Numbered from the whole stretch's first letter, positions 24,901 to 37,595 are shown. The stretch: 56,938 bases of DNA, filler included, from Catajapyx aquilonaris (GCA_000934665.2; 3 parts of 3 records of this genome joined end to end with filler, not necessarily neighbours in it), one strand, 5' to 3'. Notes: a model not told the origin generated them from the sequence alone. Numbers and translations are program-made.

Positions 24901-27900
24901 CTAAAATATTGACAAAAATAGTGACAAACAACCAATGAGAACATTAGGACCCAATTTCTGCTACAAAAGCAGAACGGATGAAAGCTGAAAATTTAAATAC
25001 CACTTGATGGATCACTAACATTATAGTGCTCTATCCTCCAAACAAGGTTTTTTTAAAAATTCCTTTGTGGTAGCAATTCGCCTCAGAAGGCAATTAAAGA
25101 TAAACTGCAATTATTTTTCCCCCTAGCATGGTACCTCGCTATTCTAGATTTTAAAACTGAACTGGAGTGCAAAGCACACTTCCTTGTGGGTGTATAGGTA
25201 CAGGCACTTAAAGAAAAGTCACAGCCCATTCAGCTAAAAAAAACTTTTTTCGGATGTCAATTTAAATTGACATTATTTGTTCTCAGGAAGAAAAGAAAAT
25301 TACCAGTTCTCTACAGCAACAAAGATTGTCACAGCCACATCTTTTCGTATTTCCTAATACACATTCCTTGCGAATCCCAGGACATTCACTGCATTGACGA
25401 AAATCGCACTCGAAATATGAGTAAAAAAATAAAACGTATCAGATGAGCGCCTAGCTTCAGCAGAGGCATCCGCCATTTTCATGAGTTATTTAATTTTCGT
25501 GGCCAAAGTCAGATATTTGACACTAGGTGGCTACATCTATTGAGGCCAGATTGTAATCATGGGATACCAACAGATTAAAGTTCTGTTGGCATCACTAGTT
25601 GGCAGCATTTTTTTTTTTGCTGATGTCGACATATGAATCCTGCTAGTCTCAGGAGGCTATATGAATTCTTTGGTGCATGGTTAGATACATGCAGAGGGGA
25701 TTATTACCATATTTTTAAAATTGTGTTTTTATTTTGTTTACCCCTTGATGTCCCTTACGGGATCTATAGGGGGGTGGCACACCACCATCTGTTTTCTATA
25801 TATTTTCCAGCTTCTTTCTCTGATGCAAGGAAACAGGGACATTGGGAAATGATAGGGATTGTTGGGGAGGGGACACTTGTGCAGGTGCAATCTCTTAAAC
25901 CTTTGGGCCATGTGCAGTCCCCCAGGAGGTTAGGTAGTTGCCAGACACCTCCAAGGTGCAGGTCAGAGACCCTCCCGACACAGGTGACAGGGAACTCCCA
26001 GGCAGGATCGAACCTGGGACCTTTCACTCAGAAAGCCGAGACGTTACCATCTCAGCCACCACACCTCCTCCCCCATTATTACCATACAAAAGTAAAAAAT
26101 TTCAACATAAGTATGTACTATGCAAGTCTAAAAATTGGGTTTGTCTACCACTACCAAAATTGTGAAACTAAAAGTGATGAAGATTCTTAGTGCTAAGCAT
26201 CTGCATTCATTAAAATTTTGAAAATACAGTGGGCCCTCACTATTTGTGAGGGTTTGGTTCCAGGATCTCCTGCAGATGTCAAAATTCACTGATGCTCAAG
26301 TCCCTTACATAAAATGGCCTATTATATGCATATAACCTACACTCATTCTTCCATATACTTTAAATCATCTCTATATTACTTATAATACCTAATACAATGT
26401 GAATGCTATGTAAATAGTTGTTATACTGTAGTGTAGTGTTTTGCATGCAGCAAATTAAAGTTTTGCTTTATGGAACTTTTTTGACTTTCCATTTTTTTGT
26501 TTTTTGTTATCCAAATATTTTCAATCCACATTGGTTCAATCTGCAGATATGGAACCTGGGGATACGCAGGGCTGACTGTAATGCACACTCTTGACTTTGT
26601 AATGCAGATTTTAACAGCGCAGATACCATGTGGGAAAAGCCCTAGTATCACTTTTCACCCAAGGCCAGATTATGTATAATGACTCTGAATATCGTGAGTT
26701 GAGTAGCCCTGGTTCAAGCTTGGGTCAGGATTGCAACTAGGCGAGTGTTGAATTTGAGTTGGATCGATGTTAGATGTGACCCGGCAACGATCATGCTGCA
26801 TTCAAATGTCATTAGAAGTAATCTCCTGTAAAGATGATCATGGTGCATGGTGAAACTGATCCTTGGACACCTTTTTGTATGATTATGCAACAAATTCAGT
26901 TGATACTGCAAAGCTCACTGCTTCTCTCCCCTTAATGACTTTTCTCATTGAGCCTTGACCTGCCCACTCTGTTTCTGTTTTGTGAAAAGGTACAATTTGA
27001 TTTCTGATCATCTTTATCTAGCTATGTGCTACATGCCTGAGGTGTCGCAGCTGTGGGGTGGCAGAAGTAGCGCAGTTTGTGGGCAATATTCCTCTCTGCA
27101 GTGACTGCTTCAAGCTTCGACAGAGGGGAAACTACTGCCCCCTTTGCCAGGCTTGCTATGAGGATGACGACTTTGATTCTAAGGTGGGAAAATTTTACTC
27201 CATTTGTGTTCTACTGTAGTTGACACATTCAGCTGTAACATTTAATCTTTGTAGATGATGGAGTGTGGAAAATGTCAACGTTGGATCCATGCCTTGTGCG
27301 AGGGACTGTCAGAGGAGAAGTACCAAATTCTCAGCTTCCTGCCAGAATCTGTTGAATATGTCTGCAGGTAATACTTCATAATGCAGGAAACCCCGCATTA
27401 ACCCTGAAATCGGGGAAAAAGTTGAGATTCGCAGATAGGATTTTTCCCCGGGTTCCCAATACACCTCTAGTTAATGACAACAGTCATGCAATGTCGCCAC
27501 TATTCAGGGCTATCAGAAGGTATAGTCATCTCTTGCTTGTGCTAAAAATGGTGTGCACAAACACCGGGTGTTTGACCAAGGTCTCATTTTTTGTTAGAAA
27601 AGTTGTAGCTTGGGCCCTAGCGGTGGGGGAAGGAAGTGATGGAATTTCGTAGCAACATATTTTAATGTGCACTGTAGATCATCCTCTACATTGTAAACCG
27701 TTTTTATTGTAAAACTGTAAATGGATAATTGTTTCAAAATTTTAAAGGGACAATCCACTCAAAATACCAGTTGGGTTCTAAAAATCGGGCAAAAAATCCT
27801 GATTCCGAGGGTACAGACAGTTTTTCTGAGAGACGAAGGGTATGGCCAGGGTGAAAGCTGGAAGTGTGTCGTTCGAAAACCGCACGCGGAGCAGGTGGCG

Positions 27901-30900
27901 ACGCCACCAGAGGAGCGGAACTAGACCAGGGGATGGCGGGAATTAAAGGTGCTTTATGTGCTTTCCCCCCATCCGAGCTAAGTGATGCCTTCTCCGCACC
28001 GTTGGGGCTTCTGACTGCCTCGTTAGCCTCCGTATCAGGTCGCGCACTCTCTTTTTTCTATGATATTCGGTCCCGGAACAGTCCCGTCCGTCCGCGTGGT
28101 TCCCCGTCTGGCCACTGGAGGGATTTTCTTCCCATCACTCACTGCGTGGGAGACTATTATTTTACGAATCAGACCTCTCATCCTGGCCTTACTGTTCGTC
28201 TCTCAGAAAAACTGCTTATACCCTCTGAATCAGGATTTTTAGCCAGATTTTTAAAGCCCAACTTGTATTTTGAGTGGAGTGTCCCTTTAAATTTCTTTAC
28301 GTGACCCTGAGAGGCCCCAACACGTAGGTACCTGCTGAGCCGCACAATGACGTTACAGCCCACGTGAAAATGGGTCAATGGGGATGCTATTCTTCCCTTT
28401 CACACCCTCTCGACCCCTGGGCAGGCTGAACCCAAAACCAGTCCATCTTCATCCACAATGCCGGTCAAAGCAATGCTCCTTTAGTACCCTTTGCCCCCTC
28501 CTGACCTTCACCCCTGCCTGTGCAGTAACATCCCAGTTTCGTCTCTTGTGTGTAAACAATGGTTTGCGCATTGATTAAAATTAGAATTTGTTCATAAATA
28601 TTTTAAATGGAATAGATGGGAAAATATACAAAGTTAATTCGCAATTTTTTTTCAGAAAATTCAGATGGGAGGTTATATTTCTAAAAAATTGTCGAAGTCT
28701 GGGAGTCCTTTGGCTGTGCCGAGAAGTTATTCAGATGCATATAAGTCGAGCAAAAGTGGATTCTGCCGGTATATGTTGAATTATAGGATTCTACAATATT
28801 TGGTGTCCTGATGAAATTTTGCTCTCCCATTCCTACCCAGTGAGTGATGAGATATTACACTTTCGAAAGCAGTCATTTTGTGACTGTGGAAACGGGGGCT
28901 GGGAGGTATACAGTGAAGACAAAGCTGAAATGACCTGTGTTTTGTGCTACAAGTTTCATGCAGGGTGTTTTTAGAAAGCTACATGCGAACTTGGTGACCC
29001 CGTGCAAGCCCAAGGAACACATTATGTGGAGGTGTCAATTGGGTTTCCCAGTCTAGTTACCCAGATGATGGACTCTTCATACATCATATCCTGGAAGGTT
29101 CTCAGCCATCCACACAAGGACTGACAAGGGAAGTGTAAGTGTTGTCTGTGGAGTTTCTGAATGAAACTTGGCACAATAATATAGGCAGGTAAGTTATTAA
29201 AGAAAATGCAAACAATTTAGGCGGATGCCCACAAGGTCAAAAGTTATGACCTCTCGAACTCACAAGGGACACTTTCCAAGGTCTCACCGATTTTCTTAAA
29301 ATTCTGTACATTGGTAGGCCACCCCAAGGGATGAAAAATGCACCTAAAGTGACCTGCTCAAAATGACCTGGTGACCCGGTGGGGGCTACCAATGCACCGA
29401 ATTTCAAGAAAATTGTTTTTGGCATTAAAGAGTTGACCTCTGCCCCCCAAAAAGGGGTCACCAGGTCATTTTGAGCAGGTGACTTTAGGTGCGTTCTTTA
29501 TCCCTTGGGGTGGCCTACCAATGTACCGAATTTCAAGAAAATTGGTGAGACCTTGGAGAGTGTCCCTTGTGAGTTCGGGAGGTCATAACTTTTGACCTTT
29601 TGGTCATTCGCCTAAATTGTTTGCATTTTGTTTAATAACTTACCTGCCTATATTATTGTGCCAAGTTTCATTCAGAAACTCCACGGACAACAGTTACACT
29701 TCCCTTGTGAGACTAAAAAGTCAGCCCTCTAAGCTGCTTGCATTACTCCCAGGTCATCTAATATAGCAGTTTCTATAGAATAGGGCACCAGGAGAAGGGT
29801 GCAACAAGCTACAAAAAATAACAGCTTTGAGGGAATTTTCCTATAATTAACTAAAAGTACTAATATGCTTGGAACATCTTGTATACAGTACAACCCTAGA
29901 AATATATTATCACATATGGCAGTGTTGTAATGTGTCAATGAAGGAAAGTCATAAATTTGTAACCATCTCCTTTGATAGGTTAGCTAGGAGATGGGTTCTT
30001 TGTTGCAGGCATGAAGAGTTGTTAGGAACAAAAGAAAAGTGTGTTTTAGTTCTGAGTTATTTTATTGAAAATATGGTGTTGCCTTTCAGGTTATGCAACA
30101 ATGCAGAATATCCTCAATGGCTTCAGACAATTGATGCTGAGCTGAAAGCTGGATGTGAAGCTGTCTGGTCATCACTAATTAAGAGCAGAGCTGTGAAGAG
30201 CTGTCAGAGGAGGGCAGAGGAAGAGAAACGGAGGATTGACAAACAGGCCGAAGATCTGCAGGAAGATTTGAGTGCCACTTCTAGCTCCAGAAGCCACGAT
30301 AATTTGAACAATTTGGTACATGCCAGTTCGCCAAGTAATGAGAAAATAAAGAGTTCAGACGTAACGAATGAAGCAGTAGGCAGAAAAGGGGAAGATCCAA
30401 CAGTTTCACTGCAAGAAGGAAAAATTAGTGAAGAACACAGTACAATCACAAGGGAAGAGGGAAAAAAATGCAGTAACTCACATGGTAATGAAGAGAATGC
30501 AATGGTTATGACTATGGATACCATGCAAGATGCAGCAGGCATAATTGCAACCACAGCATCAGTATTTGCAAATTTGGCTTTAGATGCACAAGACTCGATT
30601 CCAGTGGTGGATGTGAAGCCAGAAATTACAACTCCAAGCTTTACTTCTGAGCCAGACATAACTGAAAGTGCTAAGGGAGAACTCAAGGAACCGTGTGAAA
30701 TGAATGGAGAACCAGTCCCTGAATCTGTACCTCCTCCTGTGGATGACACAACTGCCTTGATTAAGCCAGTGTCAGTAGTGCTTCGGCGAATAGATCCAAA
30801 GGGCTCTACGGTGATGCAGAAGAAGCGGAAGTACTCATGCAAGGAGGATGATTACAGGAAAAGATTCAATCTCAGATGCTGTAAGATTGTGTTGCAGGAC

Positions 30901-33900
30901 TGCATGGAAGCTAAGGGACATGGAAGAGAGGAGGAGGAAACTAGTGGGAATGGGGAATTTAAGGGAGAAGTGGGCCAAGGCTGTGATGGAGAGAGCAGAG
31001 AAGAGTTGCCAGGAGTACCGAGGGACTGCTCACATGATAAGGCGTGTAATGAGAATGAATGTGTCACACCTTGTGTTACTGATCACCAAGACTTTGACCA
31101 TGGATACATGTGCCTGGACCATAGAGGCAGTGAGGATGAAAATAGCTCTGTAGAGTCTATGGAGGAAGGCCCTTGTGCATTGCAAAATGCTGGTCCTCCA
31201 CATCCTGCAGATGAAAATAGTGAGCATTTAGAACTTCTGAATAACAAACATGGCTCCCTAAAGCCTGTAAAGGAGGAGGTTGGCTGCTGCAGTCTTCTAG
31301 GACACCATAGTGACAGTCTAGATCATGCCACTCCTCAAGGCGAGAGTCCAAGGCCTTTGGAGCCCCAAGATGTCAATCAGAATCCTGCAAAACTCAAAGA
31401 CAGCTGTGCAGATTCTACAGAGCAACAATGTAGATCCCCAGAGCTAATGGAGTGTCAGGATGCCACGCCAAATATGCTAGAGCCTAAAGATATTTCTGTG
31501 CAACCTGTAGAGCGTAACGATGACCAACCTGTGAAGTATTGTGGCCAAACTTCCATTGAGCAGCAAGATGACCACCTCCAGGAGCATGATGCCAAAACAT
31601 CCACAATGCAGCAAGATGGCAACCAGAAACTTGTGGTTGATGACTGTCAAGCATCTGTACCTGTCTTGCCTTTGAATGAGATCAAAATGAAGCTGCACGA
31701 GTACATGTCAGTATTCCAGTTTCACCTAGATATGAAGCAGTGTCTGGAGCAATACCTTGCCACAGGAGGAGATTCATCTGACTTCCAGCTTATCTCAGAA
31801 GTATACCAGAAGTCACTGAGAGAGGCCTTTCCTTGGTTTGAATCAAGGAAAGCAGATATGACTGGTGCAGGACCGACAATACAAAAAGCTCCATACAGTG
31901 ACCATTTTTATGCGCTGCAAGATATGCCTGATGGCACCACTGTGGTGGATAAGCCAAGGATTGAGTGGCGTCCCATCCAAGCAGAGCCTGAACTGCCATA
32001 TGTGCCTGGGGACGACACTAGGAAGTGTGTATTATGTGGAGGACATGGTGATGCACCTTCATCTGGTGCTGGACGGTTGCTTTATGTGCGTCAAGGTGAT
32101 TGGGCCCATGTCAACTGTGCGTTGTGGTCATCAGAAGTATTTGAAGAAGCAGACGGTGCTTTGCGGAATGTCCTGAGTGCAATTAGTCGTGGGAGGCTGA
32201 TACGATGTGCAAAGTGTGGTGAAAAAGGTGCCAGTATTGGATGTTGTGCAGCTAAGTGTGATGCCACTTTTCATTTTGGATGTGCTGTAGCTGCACAGTG
32301 TCGTTTCATGCACAACAAGGCTGTGTATTGTCCTGCACATACCTGTGACGAGGGGGCCCTTGGTGTCATGCAGGAAGAATGTTCTGTTCATCGAATAGTT
32401 TATGTTGATTTTGAGCAAGACCGCAAGCGGCGGACACCATCAATGGCACCACATGAATCAGTTCACTTCCGACTAGGATCTCTTAGTGTTGAGAAACTTG
32501 GCCGTCTTATGCCTGTTTCGGGTGCTGACAATCCTGATATATTGGTTCCAGTTGACTTACATTGTTCACGTATGTTTTGGTCTGCAGTGCATCCATGGAG
32601 ACGTGTGTGTTACCAGTTCCGGACAATCTATCATGTCCCAGAAGTACCTACCCCTCCGGACATTAATATAGTGGTTGATCATTGTCTCCCGGAAAAGGAC
32701 GTGGCAATGGCAATGGCTCGTGTTGATCGCTTACGCAATGGAGAGGAACTTGGTGCAGTTGTTGATAAGTGTTGTCCTGATGTCAAACAAGACACTCTCA
32801 CAGTTGACTTTCCTGATGCATCAGTGGTTGGTGAGTCAGAGCTGGTTGATACACTGTTTGATGCATGCATGACAGCAGACAGAGATGATGCGACGCCAGT
32901 GGCATCATCTGTAACAGGAGGGGTAGGTGATGCAGACCTTGAACTTGATGATCCAACATATTATGATGAGATGCTGGCAGGGTTGCCTTCCATCATGGAT
33001 GAGCTGGTTGGGGATCCTAGTGATGTCATTATCCACATCAATGAAGAGAGTAAATTAAAGAAATCATCAGAAGGGAAGTTGCTGAATGGCAGTGGTAGCA
33101 GCACTGAACCATCAGCAATGGAAATGAAGAAGGTTGATGTCCGGGGCCGACTTGCATCAAGCTCTATCCACATGGCCGGGAGTGGTTGCCGTGCTGGGTC
33201 TCAGGTGGGACATGTGCTGCCAAATGCCAGCCATGTGTCCGTTTGTGCCAACACTAGCACTAGTGGAGGGTCCATTACCAACATTACATCTAGTGGCTGT
33301 CTTGGTGGAGCCAGCCGCAATCATCCATCCACTGGTGTCCATGGAGGGACCAACATTAATGGGAGCCATGTAGGATCCATTGTCCATGCCCCTAGCAACC
33401 ACATTGGGTCTATTGTTGGGCATGTTGCTCCCAATGCTACTCACATTCCACATAACCACATTGCCAATGGAATCAATTCAGTGGCAAGTTCCATTCAAAT
33501 TGGTGCCCATTGCGTTTCAAATGGTACAGTCCGCCTTCGCCACAAGCGAAAGAGACGGAGTCGCTCTGCAGCTTTGCCTGATGCAACATCAACTGGCTGC
33601 AGTGCTAAAGTATCACTTCGTGATCGAGGAAAGGAGAACAATGGTGCCATTACAGGCTCAACCCCTATTCGAGAAAGGCGGAGGTCTCTAGATGCTATGA
33701 TACTACAGGTGGATGGGAGTGCTGATGTCTCCAGTGCTGACTCAGAGGAAGGGGAGTCTCAACCTGTTAAGAGCCAGATGCAAGGGGTGAAGGAACGACC
33801 TGTTCGTTGTCGCAAGTGCCGGCGCACATACCGCACCAATGAAAGCTATGAGAGACATTTGGTACTCTGCGTAGAGATGTATGGCTCAACCAGTGGAAGT

Positions 33901-35640
33901 GAGACAGATGAGGAAGATGAGCCTGCTCCACCGCCAGTGTTGGAGCCACCGAAAGAGCCATTGCCCGTGCAACCAATGCCTGTTCCGGTTGTTCCGAAGC
34001 CTGTGCCAGCCCTTGAGACATTACCACCTCCTAAGCAGGTTGCTAGACCAACACCAGTTAGGAAGCGGTTGAATGTCCCTACCCAACGTGTGAAGGTGAT
34101 ACGTGCCACCCCTAGCAGCAACCACCAAGTGTCTACTATGGTGCTACCAGAAGTAGTGCAGAACAATGTTGTGTATGTCCAGCCTGTAGCATCAGTGAAT
34201 TACACTCCAACATTTTTAGAAACTCTCCAACAGCAGACCGGACATTGCCTGCAGTACGTTGGTGCCATGGAATCACCAGTGTTGCAGACTCAGACCATTG
34301 TGAATCCAGCACCTAGTTTTGTACAGTTGAATATTGTTGACACAATGCAGTATGTTACCAATGTGGTGCAACAAGACTCATATATTGTTAATCCCATTGT
34401 AATGCCAGAGACTGTGTACCCGGTGCAGTATAACCAGTATTACGAGGCATCCCAGATAAGTGCTATGTATGCTCAAGCACCACCACAACAATCTGTGCCA
34501 CAGTTGGCACCATTGCCTGCACCACCAGTATTGGTGAGCCAGCCAGTTCCACCACCTGTACAGAAGATGCCATCAGTTCAGAAAGTGGCACCATTGAGGT
34601 GTGAACCAATACCTGCACCACCACATGTGATAGAAAAGTCACCCATAACGAAGCTGGAGGAACGCTTTGATGCCCTTTTAGCCCGTGAAAAGTTGGCTCC
34701 ACCAGTTGCGAAAGTTTCACCAATGGCTTCTGTTGTTCCACAACCAGAACGTGAGCTGGTGCTTGATCCAGATCCAAAGCGCAAGTCTATTAAAATAGTG
34801 CTTCAAAAGAAGGGGGCTGACAATGTTTACACAATTCGTGACATTTCTATACCACCAGAGCCAACAAATCCTTCAACTATACATGCTTTAAAGATCAAAG
34901 CAAAAGTGTCAGTTGGGAATGTGAGCCATGGTGAAACAGATGTGCTTGTAGTGCCAGTGCTCAAAGATGGGCAGGCTGAGGATCCGCCCAAATTGCCAGC
35001 CCCTAAGCCTCTGGAAACAACAAGTAACCCCCACATTTTGTATGAGGTACGCTCCTTGGATGGATTTGCGTACAGGTCCTCCAATATGGCTGATGTATGG
35101 CGGAAGGTATTAGAAGCTGTTCAAGATGCTCGCCTCTCCCATAAGATGGCACCTTTGTCATTTACACCATTGAAACAAGCTGGAATGCAGATGCTTGGGC
35201 TGACTCACAATGCCTTGCGATATCTGGTTGAGCAGCTTCCAGGACGTGAAAATTGCGGGGACCAGTATCAATTCCGATGGCACCAGGACAAGCGTGAACA
35301 TAACCAACTTGCACCAAATGTGTCGGGGTGTGCCAGATCAGAGCAATTCGTGCATGGTGATGCCGGCTTGTACCAACGTCGTCAGCATCATGACCTGTTT
35401 GGCTGGTTAGCATCTCGGCACCGTCAGTGGCCTGGTGTGAGAGTTCCTGTCACAGATGACGGGAATGTTAATGGCAGGAGGGCTACTAGTGTTGACTTGC
35501 CAATGGCCATGCGTTTTCGTCACCTGAGAGAGACTGCCAAAGAAGCCGTTGGTGTCTACAGGTCGCACATACATGGAAGAGGCCTCTTTGGAAGGAGAGA
35601 CATAGATGCAGGGGAAATGGTCATTGAATATGCAGGGGAG
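18990..35640 (+). CDS. trx: Histone-lysine N-methyltransferase trithorax / KMT2A-B (MLL), incomplete at both ends. Exons: <18990-19246 (tentative), 22852-23331, 27022-27183, 27255-27367, 30090-35640
   Basis: DFWEPYD..GFG precedes PHD1 CFLCGS..CCEPFHQFC, then PHD2 and PHD3 GNYCPLCQACYEDDDFDSKMMECGKCQRWIHALCEGL. Further motifs: ePHD CVLCG..GRLLY..WAHVNCALWSSEVFEE, FYRN, Taspase site QVDG, FYRC, Win motif GCARSE, LPMAMRFRHL and the SET start SHIHGRGLF..GEMVIEYAGE. Exon phases are compatible with GT-AG introns. Confidence 0.95.
19654..20473. mobile_element. Tigger/pogo-type MITE interrupted in its left TIR
   Basis: TA-CAGTAGAACTCCAATTA...TAATCAGGGTTCTACTG-TA, with repeated TTATCCGA subterminal motifs. 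Confidence 0.75.
19671..20156. mobile_element. Chapaev3-like non-autonomous element nested in the Tigger MITE
   Basis: Termini CACTGGTCAA...TTGGCCAGTG, 3-bp TSD TTA, and subterminal GCTGATTTCAAATC / GATTTGGATTCAGC motifs. Confidence 0.75.
20758..21957. mobile_element. hAT-type foldback MITE (1.2 kb, almost entirely palindromic)
   Basis: Termini CAGGGTTGTGAACCGAACCGAACC at both ends and a perfect 8-bp TSD CTGTCAAG (20750-20757 and 21958-21965). Arms of ~570 bp meet near 21330. GAACC/GGAGC repeats are subterminal. Confidence 0.93.
25715..26075 (-). mobile_element. tRNA-derived SINE family A copy
   Basis: Reverse complement of GGGGAGGAGGTGTGGTGGCTGAGATGGTAACGTCTCGGC...GGTTCGATCC. Body and 3' end align with the copy at 8862-11225. 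Confidence 0.85.
26227..26578. mobile_element. TcMar-Tigger MITE resembling mammalian MER2/MER2B
   Basis: TA-CAGTGGGCCCTC...GGGCTGACTG-TA. Internal segments GATGCTCAAGTCCCTTA, TGCATATAACCTAC and ACTTTAAATCATCTCTATATTACTTATAATACCTAATACAATGTGAATGCTATGTAAATAGTTGTTATACTGT match my recollection of the MER2 consensus. Confidence 0.75.
27746..28286. mobile_element. Kolobok-like MITE
   Basis: TTAA-AGGGAC...GTCCCT-TTAA with ~100-bp imperfect TIRs. Confidence 0.8.
29123..29709. mobile_element. Foldback MITE with CAC..GTG termini (Transib/CMC-like)
   Basis: Arms of ~270 bp are inverted (ACAAGGGAAGTGTAA...AATATAGGCAGGTAAGTTATTAAA vs the reverse complement). Near-identical 5-bp flanks GGACT/AGACT. Confidence 0.8.
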
Positions 35641-36277
35641 GTACGTATTGAATGAAATGTCTCATCTTACAAAAAGTTCTAGTGCCTATTGCCATGGTTT
35701 CTTTTCTGAACAGTGCCATTTCCCATCCAGGAGAGTACATGAGTCTATCAGTGATCAATGGTTCAATTTTGCCATCAGATGGTTTAAAGGGTGCTATGAA
35801 TTTATATTAGAAAGTACCAACAAATGGGGCAATCCTGGACACATGGAGTAATGCTGAACAAAAAGGGGAAAACTTCGTGTGACTTTTGGACTATAACAGA
35901 CCTCGATTATAACACTTTTTTCTGCGATCCCTTGAAGTCTGTTATATTCGGATTCAACTGTAATAATGTCATTAATCTGATAAAAGGACATATTCAACCT
36001 TTTCCTAATTTTACAGGAGAGCCAAAAGAAACTTGCAGACCACTATACAAATACGTAGGATGGCCTTTTGATTTTCCATTATAATTCTGATGCCACTTGT
36101 CCCATGTGCTCGTCGTTTTGTCAGAATGTGACCCAACACTATGGTGCTGGCAGAGGCCATAATCCGATTTTAGCAAAAATGTCGAATTCGTCCTTTTGTC
36201 AAATTAATGACGATATGTTGCTGTCTATTAACTCTAGAAAGTGCATCAGGATTGGCCTCTTTGATGATATGACAATA

Positions 36278-36500
36278 TGGGGAGAGGTGTGGTGGCCGAG
36301 ATGGGAACGTCTCGGCTTGCTGAGTGGAAGGTCCCAGGTTCGATCCCCGCCTGGGAGTTCCCTTCCAACTGCGTCGGGAGGGTCTCTGACCTGCACCTAA
36401 GAGGTGTCTGGCAACCTAACCTCCCTGCACATGGCCCAAAGGTTAACACATTGCACCTGCACAAGTGTCCCCTCCCCAACAATCCCTATCCCTACTTCAT
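36278..36500 (+). mobile_element. tRNA-derived SINE family A copy (3'-truncated)
   Basis: Same head TGGCCGAGATGG...GGTTCGATCCCCGCCTGGG and same body as the 8862 copy. Confidence 0.85.
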
Positions 36501-36528
36501 ATCCTGAAGTCCTTGCACGGAGATTGAC

Positions 36529-36660
36529 ACTCCACTCCACTCAAAATCCACTCAAAATACAAGTTGGGCTCTAAAAATCGGGGGGAAAATCCTGATTTCG
36601 AGAGTATAAGCAGTTTTCCTAAGAGACGAACGCTAAGGCCATGGCAAGCCGTTAAAGTTT
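36529..36660. mobile_element. Single end of the Kolobok-like MITE family
   Basis: CCACTCAAAATACAAGTTGGGCTCTAAAAATCGG...TCCTGATT matches the TIR of 27746-28286. Confidence 0.65.
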
Positions 36661-37004
36661 GGCAATTCGAATCTGGCACAAAAGAGCTGCCTGCCCGGCC
36701 TAGTCCATACATATTACAATATCACAAAAACTAATTCCCTACGGAATTGTAAAAAAAAGGAAAGTAAGATCCAAGTAACGGATAGAAATTACTGAAACAA
36801 GACTGGGCTGCGTAAGATCTTCAACCTTATGGATAAATGTAACCCAGAGATCTTACTTCCGCATTTTACACAATAATAATTAGATTTGTATCATGGTGAT
36901 CATCAAAGCGTCTTTGTCCATCAGCCATCCTAATGCTAATAAGCCCAGTAAATCAACGAACAAATTAATTAATTCAAGGATTATATTTATCCTTTATCCT
37001 TATT

Positions 37005-37270
37005 AAATATATTATATTGTATTATATATTATATTATATTACATATTATATATTGTATTGTATGTTATATTGTGTTACATATTATATTATATATATTATA
37101 TTATACATATTATATTATATATATTATATTATATATTATATTATATATATTATATTATATATATTATATTATATATTATATTATATATATTATATATTAT
37201 ATTATATATATTATATTATATATTATATTATATATATTATATTATATATTATATTATATATATTATATTA
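37005..37270. repeat. AT-only low-complexity (TA/TAT) array
   Basis: About 265 bp composed almost entirely of TA/TAT units. It resumes at 37594-37810. Confidence 0.95.
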
Positions 37271-37271
37271 A

Positions 37272-37595
37272 GGGGAGGCGGAGTGGTGCTGCGGTAACGT
37301 ATGCGCCCACGGATGTTAAGGTCCCGGGTTCGATCCCAACCCGGGGACACCCTCTTCATCTCGTGCAGAGTTCAGGGTCACCTCTGGCTTCGTCTCGGGT
37401 GGTATTTCCACAGACTAAACCACCCGGGGGAGTTCACTAAAAATGGCCACATAAAGACATTGCACTGCACCTTGCACATCCCCTCCTGTCATCCTGCCCG
37501 TGGGCCCGGGCGCTTCAATAATTAGGTTCCAAATATGTACATCGTACAAATAAAGGTCCGTGCTACATGCCGAGAAGGCCAAGCACTACCCGGAT
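37272..37595 (+). mobile_element. tRNA-derived SINE (family C) with a (TAT)n tail
   Basis: Box B CCGGGTTCGATCCC at ~37325. The element ends in TAT repeats and sits within the AT array. Confidence 0.7.

Noticed and set aside
29869..30089. N-terminal part of the 1928-aa ORF as the trx start
   Set aside because: This is open intron sequence. The acceptor tttcag at 30084-30089 is in phase with the upstream PHD3 exon.
37017..37440. Tyr/Ile-rich ORFs, plus poly-Ile (9485-9727), poly-Asn (5614-5820) and poly-Leu (54860-55261) ORFs
   Set aside because: They are translations of microsatellite or low-complexity DNA.
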